A DNA stretch of 64,000 nt from Planctomycetota bacterium (GCA_029259695.1 JAJDEQ010000232.1:40171-104170); one strand, 5' to 3'. Numbered from the stretch's first letter, positions 45,779 to 55,600 are shown. Made by a program: numbers and translations. The notes: a model not told the origin generated them from the letters alone.

Positions 45779-46237
45779 TCAGCCGCTGCGTGACCGGAGC
45801 AGCCCAACGACCACAACCGCTCCACCGATCAAGATGGCGACCGCCCAACGTACCCGGCTCACGGCGCCCTCGAGTCGGGCCCGACGGTCGAGCTGCTCCT
45901 GGGCCAGGATCAGGTTCGCGCGCGCCTGCTCGGCGGCCTGACCTTCCGCAGCGAGGAGTTGCTCGGCCAGCGCGTATTGCGATCTCGACTGCTCGAAGTG
46001 CCCACGCTCGTAGGCGATGTTGCCGAGCAGCAGTTCGGCGCGACCACGCTGGGCGGATCCGGTCGAGTGCCGTGGCAGGGCGAGGACCTCTTCAGCCCGG
46101 CTCAACAACCCCTGCCGTATGAGCACCCGCGCCTGCTCGAGCGCTGCCCACTCTGCTTCCTGAGCACCGACGTCGCCCACGATCAGGGTCCACATCAGGG
46201 TCAACAGCAGGGCGTGACGTGCACCGGGTGCCCTCAC
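45779..46237 (-). CDS. Small TPR-like protein with signal peptide and C-terminal TM anchor
   Basis: The GTG start forms a GTGA overlap with the upstream gene's stop. N-terminal hydrophobic segment, helical repeat region, C-terminal WAVAILIGGAVVVVGLL. Confidence 0.6.
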   Translation of the reverse strand: MRAPGARHALLLTLMWTLIVGDVGAQEAEWAALEQARVLIRQGLLSRAEEVLALPRHSTGSAQRGRAELLLGNIAYERGHFEQSRSQYALAEQLLAAEGQAAEQARANLILAQEQLDRRARLEGAVSRVRWAVAILIGGAVVVVGLLRSRSG

Positions 46238-47757
46238 TCCTCGCCCCGCCAGGTCGCGTCAGCCAAGGCCTCGACCGGTGCGTTCCCGTCGACCAGGACG
46301 CGCCCGTCGTGCGGCTGTCCCGCGGCGAAGGCCTGGGCGTCGGTCATCCAGGCGCAAGCATCTCCGAACGGCGTCCCATCGAGCAGCCGCGCCCGCTCGG
46401 CATGAGCGAGTGGGGTCGACTTCCAGGCCAGCACGATCCAATTCCGACTCATCGGTACGCGCGCAAGTTCAACATGGGGGAACACCCGGGCCAGTGTCCC
46501 GACCAACGCGGTGACAACAGGCTCCTCGCGAGTCACGGCACTCAGGTTGAGAGCAGCCACTCCGTCGGGCAGGAGGACCGAGGACACCTCCCGGAAGAAC
46601 TCCTCGGTGCAGAGGTGATGGGGCAGGTAGACCTGCTGCGAGTAGGCATCGATGAGCACTGCTCCGTAACGCCGACCCGCATCGCGTAACGCCATCCGAC
46701 CGTCGACGCCCGCGGCAACCAGGACGTCCGGAGGCAGCTCCATCCAACGGGAACCAAGCGCTGCCAGTTCCGCATCGATCTCCACCCCGACGATCTCCGC
46801 GATCGGATCGGCCCCTCGGATCTGGCGAGCCATGGTCCCCGCGCCCATGCCGATGATCAGCACGCTCCGGCGTCCATCGGGGCCTCGGGGCGCGGCCAGG
46901 GCCGGCAGCACGAATGCGTCGAAGTACAGACCCGTCACGAGCCGGCCCGGTCGGAAGGCCGAGTGGAAGCTGTCCAGGCCCTCGTTGATCCGCAGCAGCC
47001 GCAGCCCATCGTCCTGTTCTTCGATCGTCGACCATTGGTAGACACTCTCGACCGAATCGAGAACGACGCCGTCCCGGCGGGCTGCGGAAGACGAGTCCAC
47101 TGCAAGGACGAGAACGAGTGGGACCACGAGCGACGTCGCGGCCAGTCGCGCAGACCGACGCTGGCTCGCGGCGACGACAAGACCCGACAACACGAGGACC
47201 GCGCCGGCAAGGCGCACCGCCATGGCAGAACCGACGGCTTCGAGCAGGACATGCGTCGAGCCGAAAGTCCCCACCAGGCTCCCGAGGGTCCCGATGCCCA
47301 GCACGCGACCGGCCACCGCACCGGGCGCCTCCTGGGCGTCCCGGAAGAGCCGCACCAACCAGGGAGTGACGGCCCCGAGCGCGAACATCGGCAGCCCAAG
47401 CGCCGCCAGGGCGACCAGCAAGGACCCGGCCGAGATGAAAGGGTAGGCGTCGAGCAAGCCGAGGTCCGCGGGGAGCACGACCGCGCCGATTCCATCGACC
47501 GCATCGGGGAGGGCAATGCACATCGCGCCGGCCACCACCAGCAGGCTGCCCGGCGCGAAACCGCGCTTGGACTCGGCCCAACGCCCGCCGAGCCACTGCC
47601 CGCACGCCAGGGACGCCAGGACGACCCCGATCACGTTGGTCCAGACGACCTGACTCTGACCGAACCAGGGCGCCATGACGCGCACGCCCATGAGTTCCAC
47701 CACCATCACGGCAGCGCCGGTCAGGAACGCCACCCCCAGGAGCAGCGCCGGGCTCAT
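46234..47757 (-). CDS. Membrane-fused spermidine-synthase-like (class I SAM-fold) protein
   Basis: About 220 aa polytopic N-terminal half. C-terminal VLIIGMGAGTMARQI, VGVEIDAEL, VLIDAYSQQVYLPHHLCTEEFF. Confidence 0.8.
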   Translation of the reverse strand: MSPALLLGVAFLTGAAVMVVELMGVRVMAPWFGQSQVVWTNVIGVVLASLACGQWLGGRWAESKRGFAPGSLLVVAGAMCIALPDAVDGIGAVVLPADLGLLDAYPFISAGSLLVALAALGLPMFALGAVTPWLVRLFRDAQEAPGAVAGRVLGIGTLGSLVGTFGSTHVLLEAVGSAMAVRLAGAVLVLSGLVVAASQRRSARLAATSLVVPLVLVLAVDSSSAARRDGVVLDSVESVYQWSTIEEQDDGLRLLRINEGLDSFHSAFRPGRLVTGLYFDAFVLPALAAPRGPDGRRSVLIIGMGAGTMARQIRGADPIAEIVGVEIDAELAALGSRWMELPPDVLVAAGVDGRMALRDAGRRYGAVLIDAYSQQVYLPHHLCTEEFFREVSSVLLPDGVAALNLSAVTREEPVVTALVGTLARVFPHVELARVPMSRNWIVLAWKSTPLAHAERARLLDGTPFGDACAWMTDAQAFAAGQPHDGRVLVDGNAPVEALADATWRGEE

Positions 47758-47782
47758 GACCGCCCCGGCCCGACGACCGCGC

Positions 47783-49144
47783 TCAGTCGATCTCCTCGAT
47801 CAACACCATGTTGGTGTAGAGGCCGCAATCGCCCGAGTTGTTGAAGAAGCGATTCTCCAACAGGATCTGGATATCGCGCTCGAAGTGCCGTTTCACCCGC
47901 TCCGTACCGTTCACTTCGATCGCAACCGGCTTGTCCATGTCGACCAATGCGTCCGACAGGAAGACGTAGACGCCGCCCAGAACGTTCGTGGTCTCGATCT
48001 TGATCGTGTTCGAGCCCTGATCCACCTCGGCCTTGATGCGCGGGAAGTCCTCGTCCGAGGGTTTGGCCGTCGGCCGCTTGTTGATGTTGGCCGCCTTGAC
48101 CCAGTGCATGCTCTGGTACTGGATGTTGTCGAGGCGGTAGTCGATGTCCGTCGGGCACAGCGAGTGCTGACGGCCCTCGAACCACTCCGCGATCTTGCCC
48201 CGCGCTTCGTCCCCGGGGGCCATGGCGGAGCCCTCTTCCGCGACGGTCTCGAGCGCGAGCCCTTCGGCGGCTTCCAGTGCCGACATGTCCGCCTCGCGTC
48301 CATCCGACGCGCCGTTCACGTACAGCAGCGGGACATCGCGCAGGTTCTGGAAGATGACGTCGTCCGCCGTGCCGACGTCCCCGGACCGGTTGATCGCGCC
48401 GGCGAACCAGAACGGCGCCCGGCTTGCCAATCGGAAGGCGTCGATCCCGGCGTCACCCCAGCCGTCGACGACCAGGCGGGAACGATCGAAGCGGACGTTC
48501 TCGAGCAGCGTCCGGAACGAAGTGAAGAGCGTGTAGAGCCCCTCGTCGGTCATCCAACTCGACTCGACCTCGGTGGTGGCCGCCTTGCGTCCCTCACCTT
48601 GCTTGCGCCCCAGCGGGACGAGAATGATCGCCTTGTCCATGAGGTCGCCGTACGTCGCCTCGGCCATGGCCTGGACCGCCTCCTCGAGTTCACTTCCGCC
48701 CTTCTCGAGCGGAGGCTTGAGCGCCAGGATCGCCGGGTACAGACCGGCGCCGCGCTTCGAGTAGCCGGCCGGAATCGACATGAGGTAGGTGACCGGCGTG
48801 CTGTCCCAGCGGTCCTCGAAGGTCAGCGCGGTGAAGCCCTTGCCTGCCTTGATCTTGCGATCCTCGACCTTCGCCTTCTCGAAGACCTGCTCCCAGTCAC
48901 CCAGGTACTTCAGGGGGGAATCGTCGAGCCGCGCCGACTTGGCCATCTTGGCCAGACTGGCTTCGAGCTCATCGAGCGCCTTGCGCTGATCGATGATCTT
49001 GTCCGCCTCGAGGGCGTCGAAGAACTCCACCACGTTGTCAGCCAGCTTGTCGAGGTCCTTGTCCTTGATGGACGAGCGGGGCAGCGAGGAGTCCTCGGCG
49101 GAGCTGCAGAAGGCCAGGATGAAAGCCAGGATGAGCAAGCGCAT
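47783..49144 (-). CDS. Secreted hypothetical protein, esterase-like alpha/beta-fold pattern without nucleophile Ser
   Basis: Signal peptide MRLLILAFILAFCSSA. YLMSIPAGYSKRGAGLYPAILAL, RLVVDGWGDAG (Gly where the GxSxG Ser is expected), VPLLYVNGASD. GGAG RBS 9 nt before the ATG. Confidence 0.7.
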   Translation of the reverse strand: MRLLILAFILAFCSSAEDSSLPRSSIKDKDLDKLADNVVEFFDALEADKIIDQRKALDELEASLAKMAKSARLDDSPLKYLGDWEQVFEKAKVEDRKIKAGKGFTALTFEDRWDSTPVTYLMSIPAGYSKRGAGLYPAILALKPPLEKGGSELEEAVQAMAEATYGDLMDKAIILVPLGRKQGEGRKAATTEVESSWMTDEGLYTLFTSFRTLLENVRFDRSRLVVDGWGDAGIDAFRLASRAPFWFAGAINRSGDVGTADDVIFQNLRDVPLLYVNGASDGREADMSALEAAEGLALETVAEEGSAMAPGDEARGKIAEWFEGRQHSLCPTDIDYRLDNIQYQSMHWVKAANINKRPTAKPSDEDFPRIKAEVDQGSNTIKIETTNVLGGVYVFLSDALVDMDKPVAIEVNGTERVKRHFERDIQILLENRFFNNSGDCGLYTNMVLIEEID

Positions 49145-49251
49145 CAGGTTTGAACTCCGGGGAAGCGACGGCGAGACCGGTTGTACCAGCGGGACGGGCG
49201 CCGGGAAACGCAGCCCAGCAACGACGGCGGCGGGGCCCCTTGGACGCAGCG

Positions 49252-49281
49252 AGTGTAGCGGCCCCCGATCGAAACGATCAA
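49252..49281 (-). promoter_or_regulatory. Candidate sigma70 promoter for the 49144-45779 operon
   Basis: Minus strand reads TTGATC (49281-49276), 18-nt spacer, TACACT (49257-49252). About 100 nt upstream of ATG 49144. Confidence 0.4.
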
Positions 49282-49298
49282 CGCGCCCCCAGCGTCCC

Positions 49299-50765
49299 TT
49301 ACGGCCCTGTCAGATGACGTAGATAGAGCGCCCGATCGCGCTCCGGATTCCGTGACAGGATGGCGTCGAGGAGCTCCCTGGCCCGTTGTGGATCCTCCTC
49401 CAGGAGGGCGGCGGCCAGGTTCTCCCGGGCATCATCCGATCCGGCCAGCAGGATCGCCCGCTCCCAGAGGGCCTTCGCCCGCATGACCCGGCCCCCGCCC
49501 CAGCTGGTCAACGCGGCGTCGTTGAGCAAATCGGCCCGTCCGGGATGGCGAGCCACGAGCTCATCCCACGCCGCCAGCGCGCCATCGCGGCCGAAGCGGG
49601 ACAGCGTCAGCGCCCGGTTCGCCCGCGCGCGCTCGTGCCCCGGCTCCACGCTCAGGACGCGCTCGTAGGCGTCGAGCGCGACGTCGTCGTCGCGCGCCAG
49701 AGCCGCGGCATCCGCGAGGTCCACCAGATCGTCGACAGCCCCTGACTCACCGCGGGCCACCCAGACTCCGAGGATCGCGACGGCCTCGGAGGGTCGCCCC
49801 AACCCGCGCAGCACCCCGGCGTGATCCCGGTCGACGTCCAACCAGAGCCCGGGCTCGGTCGCCTGCGCGAGCACGGTCGCTGCTTCCTCCAACCGCCCGA
49901 GCTGTTGCAGGCTGTGCGACCTGTGCCAAGCGACGCGAGCACGGACCCAGTCATCGACGTCGTCGGTCTTCAGCAGCGCCAAGCGCTCGAGGCGGCGGGG
50001 CGCGTCGGAACGCTCCGGGAGGATCGCCAGCAGCGACGCGAGCAGCGAGTCGAGCTGGGCCCCTACCCGTCGCGCGTCGTCCCACGCTGCGAGCGCATCC
50101 TCGCGTCGTCCCGCACCCGCGAGCGCGCTCGACCACGCCAGGCTGAACTCGGCCCGTCCCGGGTCCAACGCCGCGGCACGCTCGAACCAGGCGCTCGCAC
50201 CGGCCGGGTCGCCAGCAGCCTGCAACTGGTGCCCGCGAAGGTAGGCGGCATACGCCCGGCCCCGCGCATCCTCGTCACCGAACCAGAGCTCCAGTTCCGC
50301 CGCCAGCCCCTCGTCCGCACGCAGGTAGCGAGCGTATGCACTCAGCTCGCGTGCCCGCGCCGCAGCGGCGTCCGAGCCCTGTGCCGCACGATCGAGGTGC
50401 TCGATCGCTCGGCTCAGGCTCGCGTGAGCCAGGTCCTGCACGAACGCACTCTGACCCGACGCCAGGAGTTCCTCGGCGCGGGCCAGCCATGCCTGCCCCA
50501 GCCAGTCGTGTGCATCCCGGTCCCCTGGAGTCTCGTCCACGACGCGGGAGGCTTCTTCGATGACGTCATCCCAGCGACCATCCGCCGCCCAGGCGCGCCA
50601 CCGCGCGGCACGCGGGTCGCCCTCGGGGCGAGGGGTCCCCACGGTCGTCTGTGCGCCGATCTCGAGCGCGAGGAGCAGGACCAACGTCAAGGCTGCGGCC
50701 CCGCCACGACGCCCCCGCCGGCGCCACAGGACGGAACGCCCGCCAGCGGCGTCCGGTCGCTTCAT
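49299..50765 (-). CDS. TPR-repeat protein with N-terminal membrane/signal segment
   Basis: Start trimmed to ATG 50765 (MKRPDAAGG...ALTLVLLLALEIGA). Ala/Leu/Arg/Asp-rich 34-residue-type helical repeats throughout. Confidence 0.7.
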   Translation of the reverse strand: MKRPDAAGGRSVLWRRRGRRGGAAALTLVLLLALEIGAQTTVGTPRPEGDPRAARWRAWAADGRWDDVIEEASRVVDETPGDRDAHDWLGQAWLARAEELLASGQSAFVQDLAHASLSRAIEHLDRAAQGSDAAAARARELSAYARYLRADEGLAAELELWFGDEDARGRAYAAYLRGHQLQAAGDPAGASAWFERAAALDPGRAEFSLAWSSALAGAGRREDALAAWDDARRVGAQLDSLLASLLAILPERSDAPRRLERLALLKTDDVDDWVRARVAWHRSHSLQQLGRLEEAATVLAQATEPGLWLDVDRDHAGVLRGLGRPSEAVAILGVWVARGESGAVDDLVDLADAAALARDDDVALDAYERVLSVEPGHERARANRALTLSRFGRDGALAAWDELVARHPGRADLLNDAALTSWGGGRVMRAKALWERAILLAGSDDARENLAAALLEEDPQRARELLDAILSRNPERDRALYLRHLTGP

Positions 50766-50822
50766 GTGACCACCCACGCGGTCCGCCGGCACCGGCCAGC
50801 GGCAGAGCCGGCGCGCCACGGT

Positions 50823-51872
50823 TCAGAGCGCCTCGGCGCCCACGTAGCGCACACGCCGATCACCGGCCTCGACATGCCCCATGACCACCGGCGCTTCGCC
50901 GGCCTCCGACAGCTGCGCGATGACCCGCTCGGAGGCGTCCGCCGCGACCACGACGATCATGCCGATGCCCATGTTGAAGGTGCGGTCCATCTCGTCCCGC
51001 TCCACCGGGCCCCGTCGGGCGAGTTCCGCGAACAAGGGCGGCACGGTCCAGGCATCGCGATCGACGATCGCGTCCAGCCCTTCGGGCAGGATCCGCGGGA
51101 TGTTGTCGGTGAAGCCCCCGCCGGTGATGTGCACCAACCCGTGCAAGGCCTCATCGCGCAACAGATCGCGCAACGGATTGAGGTAGCACCGGTGAGGCGC
51201 GAGCAGCGCGGCGCCCAGATCGACGTCGAGTCCCGGCAGGCGCGCGTCGACATCGAGGCCCGCGCGCTCGAAGAAGACCTTCTGCGCCAAGGAGTATCCG
51301 TTTGTGTGCAGACCGGAGGACGCCAACCCCAGCAGCATGTCGCCAGCTCGAACACGTTCGGGCACCAGCACGTGGGGACGATCGACGACGCCGACGATGA
51401 ATCCGGCCAGGTCGAAGTCCTCGGGCGCGTAGAGCCCCGGCATCTCGGCGGTCTCCCCGCCGATCAACGGCAACGAGAGCTCGCGACAGGCGTTGATGAA
51501 GCCCGACAGCAGTTCCTCGAGCTTGCCCGGCCCGAAGTGCCCTGCAGCCACGTAGTCGAGGAAGAAGAGCGGCTGCGCTCCCATCACGAGGATGTCGTTG
51601 ACGCAGTGGTTGACGAGATCGGCGCCCACGGTGTCGAAGCGCTGTGCACGCCTCGCCACCATCAGCTTGGTACCCACGCCATCGGTCGACGACACGAGCA
51701 CCGGATCCCCCATGCCGCCGAAGTCCGGACGGAACAGGGCGCCGAAACTGCCGATGCCCGTGAGCACCGAGGCGTTGTGCGTGCTGGCCACGTCCGGCGC
51801 CACGTTGCGCAGCGCCCCGGTGACGGTGTCGATGTCGACACCCGCGTCCTTGTAGGTGATGGGCTCTACCAC
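50823..51872 (-). CDS. purM: Phosphoribosylformylglycinamidine cyclo-ligase (AIR synthetase)
   Basis: GTG 51872 preceded by AAGGAG. YKDAGVDID, STDGVGTKL, GGETAEMPG, GLASSGLHTNGYSL, HITGGG. Confidence 0.92.
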   Translation of the reverse strand: MVEPITYKDAGVDIDTVTGALRNVAPDVASTHNASVLTGIGSFGALFRPDFGGMGDPVLVSSTDGVGTKLMVARRAQRFDTVGADLVNHCVNDILVMGAQPLFFLDYVAAGHFGPGKLEELLSGFINACRELSLPLIGGETAEMPGLYAPEDFDLAGFIVGVVDRPHVLVPERVRAGDMLLGLASSGLHTNGYSLAQKVFFERAGLDVDARLPGLDVDLGAALLAPHRCYLNPLRDLLRDEALHGLVHITGGGFTDNIPRILPEGLDAIVDRDAWTVPPLFAELARRGPVERDEMDRTFNMGIGMIVVVAADASERVIAQLSEAGEAPVVMGHVEAGDRRVRYVGAEAL

Positions 51873-52495
51873 GTGCGCTCCTTGCCGCTGTTCAATCGCT
51901 GGAGGATGATCCGGTCGCTGTCGAAAGCCAAGTCCCGAGGCAGGGATCCCAACTCGTGGAAGGCAATCTCGGCCCAACCGTCGCCCGGCAGGAGCTCGCC
52001 GTCCAGCTCCTCTCCGGTATAGACGACGAGCACTGCCTGACCGACCGGATCGTCGCGCACGTCCAGTACGTCGAGCAACCCGGTCAGCCTCACGACCAGA
52101 CCGGATGCTTCGCGCACCCCGCGAACGGCCGCGTTCTCGATGGCCTCACCGGGGCGCTGGGGGCCACCAGGGAGCCTCCAGCCGAGCGGCGCCCTCCGGC
52201 TCCGGCACAGGAGGACGTGCTCAGCCCGGCGCACGACCGCCCCGGCTCGCGCGATGACCTGTCCGCTCCCGGGCGGGTCCAGCCTCATGCCCCGGGCTTC
52301 CGGCCCGCCCTCGACCTCGCCGGCCAGGCCCGCCTGGCTGGTCAGCCCGCTCCCGGGCTCGGGGTCAGCCCGACTCACCGCCTCCCGCGCGCCACAAGTG
52401 GGGCAACACGTCTCTGCACCATCCGCGGCGGTGACCTCCCCCGAGACGTCCGCCGGCAGCGCGCCACCACATGCCGAGCAGAAGCGAGCGCGCAT
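51866..52495 (-). CDS. NUDIX hydrolase with N-terminal zinc-ribbon
   Basis: CSACGG...CPTCG ribbon. Nudix box GGPQRPGEAIENAAVRGVREASGL. 7-nt overlap with the purM start. Confidence 0.75.
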   Translation of the reverse strand: MRARFCSACGGALPADVSGEVTAADGAETCCPTCGAREAVSRADPEPGSGLTSQAGLAGEVEGGPEARGMRLDPPGSGQVIARAGAVVRRAEHVLLCRSRRAPLGWRLPGGPQRPGEAIENAAVRGVREASGLVVRLTGLLDVLDVRDDPVGQAVLVVYTGEELDGELLPGDGWAEIAFHELGSLPRDLAFDSDRIILQRLNSGKERTW

Positions 52496-52503
52496 GCGGT
52501 CGA

Positions 52504-52533
52504 ATGATATCAGAGCAGCCTCGGCGCTATACT
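52504..52533 (+). promoter_or_regulatory. Candidate dxr promoter giving a near-leaderless mRNA
   Basis: ATGATA (52504-52509), 18-nt spacer, TATACT (52528-52533). Only 10 nt separate the -10 from ATG 52544 and there is no SD. Confidence 0.35.
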
Positions 52534-52543
52534 CGCCCGCACG

Positions 52544-53713
52544 ATGATGAAACGTGTTCTCGTGCTCGGATCGACGGGCTCAGTCGGCCGCCAGACCCTC
52601 GACGTCCTGGCCGGGCTCGGCGAGACCCACCGCGTGGTCGGCCTCTCGGCCGCCAGCTCCGCCGAACGTCTCGGCGAACAGGCACGCCGCTTCCGCCCCG
52701 AGGCCGTTTGCCTGGTCAACGGTGCGCCCCCCGGCTTCGAGCCCGGCCCGGACTGTCCCGTCCTGAGCGGTGCCGACGGCCTGGTCGAACTGGTCGAGCG
52801 GACCGCACCGGACATCGTCATGTGCGCGATCACGGGAGCGGCCGGCCTGCCCTCCACCCTGGCCGCGGCCCACGCCGGCGCCGTGCTGGGACTCGCGAAC
52901 AAGGAGAGCATGGTGCTCGCCGGTCACCTCGTGAAGGACGCTTGCCGTCGCGCGGGTGGACGCATCGTGCCGGTCGACAGCGAGCACTCGGCGCTGGCCC
53001 AGTGCCTGGCCTCGGCCCCCGGGGACGGTGCGGGCGCACCGCGTGGAGTGCGCCGCCTGGTCCTCACCGCGTCCGGTGGTCCCTTCCGCGGCTGGAGCCG
53101 CAGCGACCTGGCAGACGTCACGGTGGAGCAGGCGCTGCGTCACCCCTCCTGGGAGATGGGGCCGCGCATCACGATCGACAGCGCCACGCTCATGAACAAG
53201 GCCCTCGAAGTCATCGAGGCGTGCCAGCTGTTCGACGTCCCGGCGCAGCAGGTGGACGTCGTGGTCCACCCCCAGAGCGTGATCCACTCCATGGTGGAGT
53301 TCATCGACGGCGCGATCCTGGCCCAACTCAGCCCGCCCGACATGCGACTTCCCATCCGCTACGCCCTCGGCTATCCGGAGCGGATCGAGAGCGGCGACGG
53401 TCCGATCGACATCACCGCGCTCGGCGACCTGACCTTCGAGGCTCCCGACCGGGAGGCCTTCCCGTGCCTCGCCCTGGGTGAACGCGTGGCACGCGACGGC
53501 GGACTGGCGGGGACCATCTTCAACGCGGCCAACGAGATCGCCGTCGAGGCCTTTCTCTCAGGTCGGGCAGCGTTCACGGCGATACCGGAGATCGTGGCCG
53601 ACGCACTCGAGAGCTTCGAGAACCAGGCCGATCCGGACCTGCCCACGATCCTCGACACCGATCACCGCGTCCGCCACCACGCCGCCGACCGACTCGTCCA
53701 ACTGGCCACCTGA
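52544..53713 (+). CDS. dxr: 1-deoxy-D-xylulose 5-phosphate reductoisomerase
   Basis: VLGSTGSVGRQTLDV, LANKESMV, PVDSEHSA, LTASGGPFR, HPSWEMGPRITIDSATLMNKALE. Confidence 0.93.
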   Translation: MMKRVLVLGSTGSVGRQTLDVLAGLGETHRVVGLSAASSAERLGEQARRFRPEAVCLVNGAPPGFEPGPDCPVLSGADGLVELVERTAPDIVMCAITGAAGLPSTLAAAHAGAVLGLANKESMVLAGHLVKDACRRAGGRIVPVDSEHSALAQCLASAPGDGAGAPRGVRRLVLTASGGPFRGWSRSDLADVTVEQALRHPSWEMGPRITIDSATLMNKALEVIEACQLFDVPAQQVDVVVHPQSVIHSMVEFIDGAILAQLSPPDMRLPIRYALGYPERIESGDGPIDITALGDLTFEAPDREAFPCLALGERVARDGGLAGTIFNAANEIAVEAFLSGRAAFTAIPEIVADALESFENQADPDLPTILDTDHRVRHHAADRLVQLAT

Positions 53714-53764
53714 CGCCCGCTCCGCGCGGCCCGTCCGCTCACACCGACCGACCGAGGATCCCTA

Positions 53765-55600
53765 GTGTTCGCCACCGCCGGGAACATCGCACTCGCTGCG
53801 ATCGGCATCAGCTTCCTGATCTTCATCCACGAGTGGGGACACTTCGTCGCGGCGCGCATCTTCGGCGTGCGGGTGGAGACGTTCTCACTCGGCTTCGGCC
53901 CCAAGCTCTGGGGCTTCCGACGGGGCGAGACGGACTACCGCCTGTCGGCCATCCCGCTCGGCGGCTACGTGAAGATGGCCGGCGAGTACGGGGACTATGG
54001 AGACGACGTCCCGCTCGCAGCCGACGACCTGATGGCCAAGCCCATCTGGCAGCGGGCGATCATCTTCTCGGGTGGCGTGGCCGTGAACTTCGCCTTTGCG
54101 TTCCTGGCCTTCCCGGTCGTGTTCGCGCTCGGCGTCCCCATGATCCCGCCCGTGGTGGGCTCGATGACACCCGGCGGCGGGGCCTGGTCCTCGGGGCTGC
54201 AGCCCGGCGACGAGATCGTCGAGATCGACGGACAACCGATCTACGAGTTCAGCGATCTGCGGCTCGAGGTGGCCCTGGGAGACTCCACCGGGCAGCCCGC
54301 GCGCATCGTGCGAGACGGTCGCGAACTCGAGTTGATGCTCAAGCCAACGCGCAACACGCGCGAGGGGCGCTACGAAATAGGCATCCTGCCCGCCGACGGC
54401 CGCGTGATCGAAGTCGCCGAAGACTCCAACGCCTTCGAGGCCGGCCTGCGATCGGAGGACCTGCTGGTCGCCGTGAACGATCGCCCCCTCGCGGGAGATC
54501 CTGACGCGTCCAAGGTGCTGTACGCGCTGTTCCAGGCCGGCGAGCCGATGCGCGTGACCTACGAGCGCGAGGGCCGCGAGGGCACGGCGACATTCACCCC
54601 CACCAAGCGCACCCGCGAGGACATCCTGCGCATCGGCGTGCGCGGCGCCACCACCCGCGTGGCCGGAATCCGCATGCCGCCGGAGGCCGTCGGGGGCCTG
54701 GGGGACGACGTCCACTTGCGGCATTCACCGCTGGTACCGAAGGACGTGGTGCTCGCCGTCGGGGGCACGCCTGTCGGTTCAGCCGAGGGCATCGAGCGCG
54801 CCTTGCGCGCCGCCCCTCCCGGCCCCTTGGCGCTCACGGTCCGAACGGATGCAGGAGACGTCGAGCGGATCCTCGAGGACGCCGACAAGGACTTCGTGCT
54901 CGCCGGACACGTGGCATTCGACCTCGACGACTCGGTCTGTCGCGTCCAGGTGATCGAAGGCGGGGCGGTGGCTGACGCAGGCATGCGCGACGGCGACGTG
55001 ATCCGCTCCCTGAACGGCAGCGAGATCCTCGACTACGAGGAACTCGTCGGCGCGTTGCAGGACACCGACGCCACACGCCACGCCCTGCGTTTCAGTCGCC
55101 ACGGCGACGACGGAGGAGATCGGACGATCACCGTGGACGCGCGCCCCGCGGTCGACCAGCTCGCCGACTTCCGCGTGCGTCCGCACCAAGAGCGCATGAA
55201 GCTCGGGCTGGGCGACGCCGTCGTGATGGGCTTCCACGCCTCGATCAACGGCTTGCGCACCACCTGGCTCACGCTGACCAAACTGATCAGTGGTGACGTC
55301 GGCGCCAAGAACCTCGGCGGCATCGTCACCATCTCCGTCGCGACCTACCAGATCGCGTCGTCGGACACGGTGAAGTTGATCTTCTTCCTGGCCCTGCTGT
55401 CGATCAACCTGGGCTTCATCAACATCCTGCCCATCCCCGTGCTCGACGGGGGGCAGATCCTGTTCCTGCTGTTCGAGAAGATCAAGGGTGCGCGGCTCTC
55501 GGAGCGCTTCCTGAACGGCTCACAGCTCGCCGGGCTCGTGGCCATCCTGACCCTCGTGGTGTACGTGACCTACAACGACATCGCACGGCTCTTCCGATGA
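53765..55600 (+). CDS. rseP: Site-2 protease RseP (M50) with expanded PDZ region
   Basis: GTG start. IHEWGHF (HExxH), NILPIPVLDGG. 611 aa, longer than the typical roughly 450 aa. Confidence 0.9.
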   Translation: MFATAGNIALAAIGISFLIFIHEWGHFVAARIFGVRVETFSLGFGPKLWGFRRGETDYRLSAIPLGGYVKMAGEYGDYGDDVPLAADDLMAKPIWQRAIIFSGGVAVNFAFAFLAFPVVFALGVPMIPPVVGSMTPGGGAWSSGLQPGDEIVEIDGQPIYEFSDLRLEVALGDSTGQPARIVRDGRELELMLKPTRNTREGRYEIGILPADGRVIEVAEDSNAFEAGLRSEDLLVAVNDRPLAGDPDASKVLYALFQAGEPMRVTYEREGREGTATFTPTKRTREDILRIGVRGATTRVAGIRMPPEAVGGLGDDVHLRHSPLVPKDVVLAVGGTPVGSAEGIERALRAAPPGPLALTVRTDAGDVERILEDADKDFVLAGHVAFDLDDSVCRVQVIEGGAVADAGMRDGDVIRSLNGSEILDYEELVGALQDTDATRHALRFSRHGDDGGDRTITVDARPAVDQLADFRVRPHQERMKLGLGDAVVMGFHASINGLRTTWLTLTKLISGDVGAKNLGGIVTISVATYQIASSDTVKLIFFLALLSINLGFINILPIPVLDGGQILFLLFEKIKGARLSERFLNGSQLAGLVAILTLVVYVTYNDIARLFR

